Positions 57,388 to 64,000 of a stretch of DNA of 64,000 nt are shown here, in pieces. Position 1 is the stretch's first letter. Every line of letters begins with the position of its first letter. The position numbers and the translations under genes are program-made. The notes beneath the pieces were generated by a model. That model was not told the DNA's origin. It made no database searches and saw nothing but the letters and a program-made list of their open reading frames with translations. The DNA is from an uncultured Methanobacteriaceae archaeon (GTDB lineage: Archaea; Methanobacteriota; Methanobacteria; Methanobacteriales; Methanobacteriaceae), in assembly GCA_963845285.1 (NCBI GenBank), contig CAWJRO010000016.1, positions 53,908-117,907 of the forward strand. Reading direction: 5' to 3'.

Positions 57388-57606
57388 ATAAGCAAAACAG
57401 TAATAATATTAGCGTTACTGCTGGTTTTGGGAACTGTCTTTATAGCTGGTTGTACTACCACAACCCAAAATAACACAAGCGGAATGGGGCAAAATAAAAG
57501 TCCAACTACCGCAGGGTATAGTATAGGACAAATAGTTAACATTGAATCTGTAAATAGTGAAATTATAAGCATTGCATATGAAACAGTGCAAATAGAGTAT
57601 CCATAG
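57388..57606 (+). CDS. small lipoprotein (apparent non-AUG start)
   Basis: The frame encodes (I)SKTVIILALLLVLGTVFIAGCTTTTQNN…, a textbook signal peptide plus lipobox. No in-frame ATG/GTG/TTG lies upstream of it after the TAG at 57355. The ATA at 57388 is preceded by AGAGGTG with 5-nt spacing. Confidence 0.4.
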   Translation: MSKTVIILALLLVLGTVFIAGCTTTTQNNTSGMGQNKSPTTAGYSIGQIVNIESVNSEIISIAYETVQIEYP

Positions 57607-57790
57607 AAAGAATCAAAAGATCTGGAAATTAACAATATCTAAATAACCTCAAAAATAACCTCAAAATTTCTTTCTTTTTAATTTAAACCAGTTCATGAAA
57701 TCTTAAAAACGTATGTAGGCCATTACAGATAATGTAATGGCCCTTTTTTACAATATTCAACGTTTAATCAACAGAAATTCTAAAACCCTA

Positions 57791-58471
57791 TTATCTGTCT
57801 TTATTCATCTTTCCATTTTTGATGATGTTACCATCCCTCATTTCAATGATTTCATCTGCAAATTCAGCTGATTCCTTGTTGTGGGTTACAACAACAATGG
57901 TAACACCTTCCTTCCGGTTCAGATCCTGGAGTATCTGCATTATTGCATTGGCATTTTTTGTGTCCAGTTCTCCGGTGGGTTCATCTGCAAAAACAATTGA
58001 GGGATTGTTTATGAGAGCTCTGGCTATAACAACCCTCTGTTGTTCACCACCTGAAAGCTGTCCTGGACGTTTATCGTACTTACCTTCCAAACCCATTTTA
58101 TCCATTAATTTTTTTGCCTTCTCTGAATCCTCATCTATCATTGGTAGCATTACGTTTTCCAGGGCCGTAAGCTGTGCCATGAGGTTGAACCTCTGGAATA
58201 CAAAGCCTATTTCATTTCTTCGAAGATGTGCCTGTTCTTTTGAGGATAATCTACTTGTATCCTTTCCTTTTATCCTGAAAGTGCCCTCCGTAGGCATGTC
58301 CAGTATCCCAGCAACATGCAGGAAGGTTGATTTCCCAGATCCAGAAGGACCCATCACTGCCGTGAAAGAACCCTGCTTTAAAGTCAGATCCAAACCTGAG
58401 AGGGCATTTACTTCCTCATCTCCTATTTTATAGGTCTTCCAAACATCGTTGAATTCTATTAAACTACTCAT
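57791..58471 (-). CDS. ABC transporter ATP-binding protein (MacB/LolD-like)
   Basis: Walker [10 protein letters not shown], signature LSGGEQQRV, Walker [13 protein letters not shown]. 226 aa. Confidence 0.9.
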   Translation of the reverse strand: MSSLIEFNDVWKTYKIGDEEVNALSGLDLTLKQGSFTAVMGPSGSGKSTFLHVAGILDMPTEGTFRIKGKDTSRLSSKEQAHLRRNEIGFVFQRFNLMAQLTALENVMLPMIDEDSEKAKKLMDKMGLEGKYDKRPGQLSGGEQQRVVIARALINNPSIVFADEPTGELDTKNANAIMQILQDLNRKEGVTIVVVTHNKESAEFADEIIEMRDGNIIKNGKMNKDR

Positions 58472-59513
58472 CTCTCAAAGCCTCCACAACGTTCAATTTT
58501 GAAGCATGTCTTGCAGGGTAAACTCCTGCCAGGATGCTTAAAAGTGTTGATCCAATAATTACACTTGCAATAAGCCATAACGGCATCATTTGAGATATAT
58601 AATCCGTGACATTAAGAGCGTTGGCAGCTGCAATTATACCAATTATACCAATGATGACCCCTATTATCGCACCGAAAAATCCTAAAATGCCTGCTTCAAA
58701 GAGTGTGCTTCCCATTATTTCACCATTGGTAAATCCAATAGCTTTTAATACACCTAACTCTTTTGTTCTTTCCATTACGCTTATGAACATCGTATTTATA
58801 ACACTTATTATTCCCACAAGAAGTCCAACACTTGCAATCAAGCCTGCAAAGAGCATTGATTTATCAACCATGTCCTGAACTTCAGAAACCTTTTCAGATT
58901 TGGTTTGGGATGAAATTCCAGTTATATTATTTTGAACTTCCGCACCCACTGTTTTTGGGTCTCCGTTTGTTTTAGCCGTAATTGCACTTACCTTGTTGTC
59001 TGCCATATGTTTTGCAACGGCCTGATCTATGTAGATAGTCTCACCATTTTCTTTGGCTATTCCAGTTACTGTCAGCTCCTGATCTTTGACCTTAACCTTA
59101 CTTCCAGCAGTGCAGCCCAATTTACCCGCAATTCCACTATCAAGAACAACTCCGGAAGTACCATTTTTTAGCTTAAGCTGTTTCCATTGGTTTGTTCCCT
59201 CAATAGTCACATCATTGCCATTTATAGTTTCCTGGAACGCCGTGAATTCAGTTATATTGTAAAGTTTGGGATAACTTTCCACCTTTGAAGCTGTTTGATT
59301 GTCCATCAAGGATAATCCGCTGCTGGATGCAGGGGATATGGTAACATCATACATCAACGAGCTTGTCTCGTCTTTCATAACAGAAGTGGCACCTGCAGTT
59401 ATTCCCACAAGTACAACAATAGTTGCCACACCAATGATTATTCCAAGCATGGTGAGGGCACTTCTGAGCTTTCTCCTGCGAATGTTGTTAAATGCAAGTT
59501 TATAAAGATTCAT
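58464..59513 (-). CDS. ABC transporter permease, FtsX/MacB family
   Basis: N-terminal TM helix, periplasmic/extracellular domain, then a C-terminal 3-TM FtsX domain. Overlaps the ATPase gene by 8 bp. Confidence 0.85.
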   Translation of the reverse strand: MNLYKLAFNNIRRRKLRSALTMLGIIIGVATIVVLVGITAGATSVMKDETSSLMYDVTISPASSSGLSLMDNQTASKVESYPKLYNITEFTAFQETINGNDVTIEGTNQWKQLKLKNGTSGVVLDSGIAGKLGCTAGSKVKVKDQELTVTGIAKENGETIYIDQAVAKHMADNKVSAITAKTNGDPKTVGAEVQNNITGISSQTKSEKVSEVQDMVDKSMLFAGLIASVGLLVGIISVINTMFISVMERTKELGVLKAIGFTNGEIMGSTLFEAGILGFFGAIIGVIIGIIGIIAAANALNVTDYISQMMPLWLIASVIIGSTLLSILAGVYPARHASKLNVVEALRDE

Positions 59514-60039
59514 TTTAACACCTCAATCAGTTTTCTACTCAAGTTTTTTATGTTCATAACACAACACGTATTAATTAACAGATTTAACCCGATAATTCAC
59601 GTTTTTAAAATAATTTAGAATACAATTTATATTTAAAATTGTATTTTACCATGTGTTGCTTACATATCTACTTATTAAAACACTTAAAAATAGTTTTTCC
59701 AAGATTAAACCTTTTTTCCCACTAAATTCCCCAAAAATTAAGTATTTTTTTCCGCTATTTTTCAACTAAATTCCCCCTAAATTCCATACAATTTACACCC
59801 AAATCCAAAAAAATCAGTGATGAAAATAGGGTAATAAAACTGAAAATGTGGTTAAAAAATTTAAAAAAAGAGGAAATTTTTGATTATATTTAAAAAAATA
59901 GAAAAAATTAAAATTCAACTGATTTCATGAAAAAATGGTTATGCATCATAGTTAATGTGGTCAAAATGAGCTTAACAAATCTCTAAAAATAGAAAGTAAC
60001 TAATCTACTTATGAAAACATGAAATTAGTTATAGCCAGA

Positions 60040-60342
60040 TTATTTGTTATTATAACTATCTCCCAATTCATCCCAAATCGTCAAGAAAGTATCGTAATTT
60101 TCTTCCATTGTATCTGAAAGGAAATATAACGCACCATACTTTTTACCAGTAGAAGTAACGATATTATTTTCTTCCAAAACATCAATATGATGCTTTACAG
60201 TTTTATAATTAAGAGACAACCTTTCAGCAAGTTGATTAGCGTTATATGGTCTGTTATTTAATTCATCCACTATCCTAGCACGGTTTGTTCCGCCTTTAGT
60301 GCCAGCTAAGATTCCCCAAAGAAATTTTTTCATCGAAGGCAT
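60040..60342 (-). CDS. winged-helix transcriptional regulator (ArsR-like)
   Basis: 100 aa. [43 protein letters not shown] helix-turn-helix. Confidence 0.55.
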   Translation of the reverse strand: MPSMKKFLWGILAGTKGGTNRARIVDELNNRPYNANQLAERLSLNYKTVKHHIDVLEENNIVTSTGKKYGALYFLSDTMEENYDTFLTIWDELGDSYNNK

Positions 60343-60355
60343 TGTATCCCTCTAT

Positions 60356-60958
60356 CTATTCTGGACCTATGTTCCGTCCTTTTATAATCCTCAAATTTAA
60401 TCTTAAATATTTAATTCCTAGAGTATAGAACCATTTAGCAACGTATACCATGATTACCACCCAACCCGTGCCCAAAACTGTTAAACCGATACCTCCAAAT
60501 ATCATTAGTAAAGTGCCCAAAATTCCTCCACTTACAGGTAAATGGATAGTATGTGGAAAAATCAGCTGCAGCAAAGGTGAGAACATTGCTAAAATCCCTA
60601 TAAAAATCACACCCACCCCTAGAGCAAATAAAACCATTATAATCGCTGCGATTCCTAAAGCAGGTATTGCTACGAATATCATGTTAAAAAGTCCTAATCC
60701 TGCCGTCGCCAACACTGCTTCAATTACACTAGTTGCTGACTGTTCATTTTCAGCTTTAGTAATCATATATTCTACATTAATTTGTTTTGCAACTGTTTTT
60801 GGATCCCCTAAGGCTCTTGAAAGTTCTTCTTCTGTCCTACCATTTTCTAAGCCAATTCTGAAGTGTTCTTTATAATCTGAAAGTATATCATTTCTATCAT
60901 CTTTTGGCATGTTTTTTAGTAGTTTAGTAAGTTTTTCAAGATATTCCTCTTTATTCAT
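60356..60958 (-). CDS. DUF1700-type membrane protein (putative membrane sensor partner of PadR)
   Basis: Start moved to the internal [33 protein letters not shown] (DUF1700 N-terminal helix). C-terminal 4 TM helices. Overlaps the PadR stop by 8 bp. Confidence 0.6.
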   Translation of the reverse strand: MNKEEYLEKLTKLLKNMPKDDRNDILSDYKEHFRIGLENGRTEEELSRALGDPKTVAKQINVEYMITKAENEQSATSVIEAVLATAGLGLFNMIFVAIPALGIAAIIMVLFALGVGVIFIGILAMFSPLLQLIFPHTIHLPVSGGILGTLLMIFGGIGLTVLGTGWVVIMVYVAKWFYTLGIKYLRLNLRIIKGRNIGPE

Positions 60959-61295
60959 CCTTAAATTCCTCCAAAGCATCAGCAGTTTTAGGATACAGTA
61001 ACTTATTGACACCCGCAGAAAAGTTATCCCATTCTGCAACTAGTTTTTCTTTTTTTTGTTTTCCTAAGTCCGTAATTCTGTAATACTTTCTTGAAGGACC
61101 CTCTTGGGACTCTTTCAGGTACGAAGTCAATAGACCCTCCTTTTTCAGCCTTTTTAGGAGAGGGTAAATAGTACCTTCCGAAATTGAAATGTTCTTTGAG
61201 ATTTCATAGACCATTTCATAACCGTAGCAGTCTTTTTTGTCAAGTGTCGCCAGAACACAAAGTTCCAGCACCCCCTTCTTAAATTGAGCATTCAT
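60951..61295 (-). CDS. PadR-family transcriptional regulator
   Basis: [21 protein letters not shown]...[16 protein letters not shown]...[10 protein letters not shown] is a canonical PadR wHTH. 114 aa. Confidence 0.85.
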   Translation of the reverse strand: MNAQFKKGVLELCVLATLDKKDCYGYEMVYEISKNISISEGTIYPLLKRLKKEGLLTSYLKESQEGPSRKYYRITDLGKQKKEKLVAEWDNFSAGVNKLLYPKTADALEEFKDE

Positions 61296-61498
61296 AGTAT
61301 CACTGTATCTTTACAAGGTACTGTATATTGCAAGGTACTATTTATAATTTTGTGGTTGTATTTTTGTAAGCAAGATGATCCACTTTCCTTGAAGATCATC
61401 CTAAAATGAACCCAATCAGATTTTTTAAAATATTTCCTTAAGCTTTAAAATATTTCCTTAAGCTGGAATTATTCTTAAAATGATTAAAACTTAAATTA

Positions 61499-62116
61499 TT
61501 AAAGCAAACACTCCATACCCCATGTTCCATCCTTTCCCTCGTCCAAACCAAACCATTTAAATCTTTTCTCACCGCAAACTTTGAAACTGTGTTTCTCATA
61601 CCATTGTTTGGCTTTCTTGTTGTAAAAGAGCACATCCAATAACATTCTTTTACAGTTCTTTTCCCGGGCAACTTTAAATGATTCCTTTAAAAGGAATGTT
61701 CCAATTCCACCACCCCTTATATTGGGATCAACGGCTATGTTGCCTATATAAAAATCATCCCCTCCAATACTGGAGGCTGAAATCCTGTCGAAGATTGGTT
61801 TGACAAGGATCATCTTCACAAAATCAGCACCCCCAATGTTACCTGCGTAAATCCTGGCCTCCTCAAGAAATTTTATCTCATCTCCCCTGAAGGCCGTTAA
61901 AATTCCCATAACATCACCGGAATCATCTTCTGCCACATGGATATGTTCGTAGCCGTAGCAGTTTTTTCCGGCTTTTATGATTTTTTGAAGTTTTAGCAGA
62001 GCTTTTTCTCGGTCTTTATCGAAGAAAATTTTGAATAGGTCTTTATCTGTTTCATAGATCAACTCTGAAACCAGTTGCAGGTCGTGGACGTTTGTATCAA
62101 GTTTTTTAAGTTCCAT
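61499..62116 (-). CDS. GNAT-family N-acetyltransferase
   Basis: 205 aa. GNIAVDPNIRGGGIGTFLL motif A. Paralogue of the next gene. Confidence 0.8.
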   Translation of the reverse strand: MELKKLDTNVHDLQLVSELIYETDKDLFKIFFDKDREKALLKLQKIIKAGKNCYGYEHIHVAEDDSGDVMGILTAFRGDEIKFLEEARIYAGNIGGADFVKMILVKPIFDRISASSIGGDDFYIGNIAVDPNIRGGGIGTFLLKESFKVAREKNCKRMLLDVLFYNKKAKQWYEKHSFKVCGEKRFKWFGLDEGKDGTWGMECLL

Positions 62117-62390
62117 TATTTCACATCAATAAAATTGTTTAAAGTATATGAATTGGTTAAAATATCTGAACTGTTTAGGTATCTGATTTATTTAACTAAA
62201 ATAAGTTAAGCTGTTAATTTTGTTTTTAAGCACTGATATTTATTTTTTCTTTCAATCTGAAGATAAGCATTGCTAACCCGATTCAATTTAGTAATAATAA
62301 AATAAAATATTTCGTACCTTAGGGAGTTACAGCATGTATCTCATCCTTAAGGCCAAATAAATAGTTATACTTTTTTTTAAGCTTGTTGGT

Positions 62391-63002
62391 TTACAGTACG
62401 TATTCCATTCCAAAGGTTCCCTCGTTTATTCCAAATTTTTTAGCGCTTTTTTGCCCGCATATTCTGAAACCATGCTGTTCGTACCATGAAATAACCTGCT
62501 TGTTGCTAAAAAGGACATCCAAGAATATTTTGTCACACCCCATCTTTTTTGCATCTTCTTTCGCCTTTTGGAGAAGTTTAGTTCCTATTCCATCACCGCG
62601 AAGATCGGGATCAACGGCTATGTTTCCTATGTAATAATCCTTATGTTGTATATCCGCAAATGCAATCATCTTATCAATCACAGGTTTAACTATGATTAGC
62701 TTCAAGAAATCAAAGAAATTCACTGCACGGAAATATGACTTCACTTCCTCATTACGTTTTACATCTTCTCCTTTGAAGGCTGTGAGAATTCCCAGTACTT
62801 CTTGGTTGCCATTGGATGCAATTTTAATGTGTTCATGTCCGTAAGGATTTTTACCAGTTTCTACAATACTTTGAAGTTTTTCAATAGCTTTTTCCTTATC
62901 TCTATCCAGAACAGCTAAAAATAGGTCTTCATCTGTTTCATAAATTAATTCTGAGACTTTTTTAGTGTCATGATTGTTTATATTCAGTTTTTGAATCTTC
63001 AT
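62391..63002 (-). CDS. GNAT-family N-acetyltransferase (tandem paralogue)
   Basis: 203 aa. GNIAVDPDLRGDGIGTKLL. About 50% identical to the ORF at 61499-62116. Confidence 0.8.
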   Translation of the reverse strand: MKIQKLNINNHDTKKVSELIYETDEDLFLAVLDRDKEKAIEKLQSIVETGKNPYGHEHIKIASNGNQEVLGILTAFKGEDVKRNEEVKSYFRAVNFFDFLKLIIVKPVIDKMIAFADIQHKDYYIGNIAVDPDLRGDGIGTKLLQKAKEDAKKMGCDKIFLDVLFSNKQVISWYEQHGFRICGQKSAKKFGINEGTFGMEYVL

Positions 63003-63157
63003 CCATTACACTGTCCTCTCCATTAATTCATTATATACTATATCATTCAGAAAGATTAATTGTTTTGTACCTCAAAACCTTCAGTAAATTATTACATTTA
63101 TAAGTTTCGATCAGTCAAAGCAAATTATATACTCCACAGGAATATAAATAGAAGATT

Positions 63158-64000
63158 ATGGAAACCAAAAGATTCGTGCTTCTGGACATAGACTACATCA
63201 CAGAAGGCGATAAAGCTGTTATAAGATTATTTGGGAAAATTAAAGGTGATGAAGAAGGTAAATCAATAATAGTTCTTGATAAAAACTTCAAACCCTACAT
63301 ATACGTCGTTCCAGAGGATCATGAGGCCTGTGTAGATGATTTAAACGAACTTGAAGTTGAATCAGTCAATTGGGTTCGTAAAAATGACAATGGTCATGAT
63401 GAAGACTTTTTGAAGGTTATATTAAACCATCCACAGGATGTACCAAAATTAAGGGACACTATAAGGGGTTTAGGATCTGTAGAGGACATCCGGGAACATG
63501 ACATACCATTTTACCGCCGTTACCTTGTAGATAAAGGAATATTTCCAATGTCTGAAGTTGAAGTGGATGGTAAGTGCCTGACCGGAGATGATGTCAAATT
63601 TTCCTGTGAAAAGGCAGTTTGCATTTTCCAGATGGATGGAGAACCACGCCCCATTGAATCAGAGTTTCCTGAACTCAAGATCCTGAGCTTTGATATTGAG
63701 GTGAGAAATCCCAAGGGCATGCCTCAGGCAGAAGTTGATGAGATCATCATGATAAGCCTTTCAAGCAACCAGGGTCTTGAGAAGGTCATTTCAACCGCAG
63801 AATCATCACTTGATTTTGTTGAAACAGTTAAAACTGAGACAAAGATGCTTGAAAGATTTGTGGAAATTGTGAAATCAGAAAATCCGGACCTTCTGATTGG
63901 GTACAACTCAGACAACTTCGACCTGCCTTACATAAGAGATAGAGCTGCCAAACTCGGTGTGATCTTGAACATGGGTACAGACGGTTCACAGCTCAAATTT
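63158..64000 (+). CDS. polB: family B DNA polymerase, N-terminal/3'-5' exonuclease region (3' end lies outside the window)
   Basis: The ORF is open from ATG 63158 to the window end. Exo I LSFDIE and Exo [12 protein letters not shown] motifs are present. It is absent from the ORF track because no stop falls inside the window. Confidence 0.85.
   Translation, partial: METKRFVLLDIDYITEGDKAVIRLFGKIKGDEEGKSIIVLDKNFKPYIYVVPEDHEACVDDLNELEVESVNWVRKNDNGHDEDFLKVILNHPQDVPKLRDTIRGLGSVEDIREHDIPFYRRYLVDKGIFPMSEVEVDGKCLTGDDVKFSCEKAVCIFQMDGEPRPIESEFPELKILSFDIEVRNPKGMPQAEVDEIIMISLSSNQGLEKVISTAESSLDFVETVKTETKMLERFVEIVKSENPDLLIGYNSDNFDLPYIRDRAAKLGVILNMGTDGSQLKF

Noticed and set aside
57354-57635. 93-aa minus-strand ORF
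   Set aside because: The plus-strand frame at the same place encodes a perfect lipoprotein signal peptide. The minus-strand ORF is hydrophobic shadow sequence.
61438-61671. 77-aa minus-strand ORF overlapping the 3' end of the GNAT gene
   Set aside because: Alternate frame of the GNAT gene plus the tandem-repeat region. No independent start support.

Overview
AT-rich (roughly 30% GC) chromosomal segment that looks like a Methanobacteriales methanogen. Evidence: ftr (formylmethanofuran:H4MPT formyltransferase), a 2260-aa adhesin-like protein built from pseudomurein-binding-type repeats, an archaeal tRNA-Trp with an intronic box C/D RNA, and ArgG, ProC, PolB, TrkAH and Ppx-PPK1.

The window is heavily colonised by mobile DNA:
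- One IS family (DUF772/DDE transposase) with terminal inverted repeats (TIRs) GAGGYTGTCTCATGA is present as three full copies. Two are 100% identical (22911-24671 and 36152-37912). A diverged third lies at 5310-7074.
- Five ~107-bp MITEs carry the same TIRs.
- An IS6-family element has an IS26-like GGCACTGT end and a clean 8-bp target-site duplication (TSD).
- A decayed IS4/5-like element has an 8-bp TSD.
- A frameshifted tyrosine integrase is present.

The integrase through the last IS (about 3.3-13.1 kb) reads as a mobile/defence island. It also carries a GmrSD-like (DUF262+DUF1524) type IV restriction endonuclease and two small RHH genes.

The most interesting locus is 52.9-56.7 kb. It is a two-gene minus-strand cassette: a SIR2(DHS-like)-TIR fusion protein (454 aa) and a TIR-like-TPR-unknown beta-domain protein (635 aa). 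It sits inside a C-terminally truncated GNAT gene and is bracketed by ~180-bp direct repeats of the GNAT 5' end. I read it as a previously undescribed Thoeris-like NAD+-depleting antiviral system.

Other notable items:
- An MthK-like K+ channel whose RCK domain is followed by three tandem ~125-aa repeats with a conserved GIHSH-ISGP motif.
- Several frameshifted genes (integrase, RibD_C reductase, a GC-richer methyltransferase remnant).
- A lipoprotein ORF with an apparent AUA start.
- A PadR-DUF1700 module next to an exact 20-bp tandem repeat.
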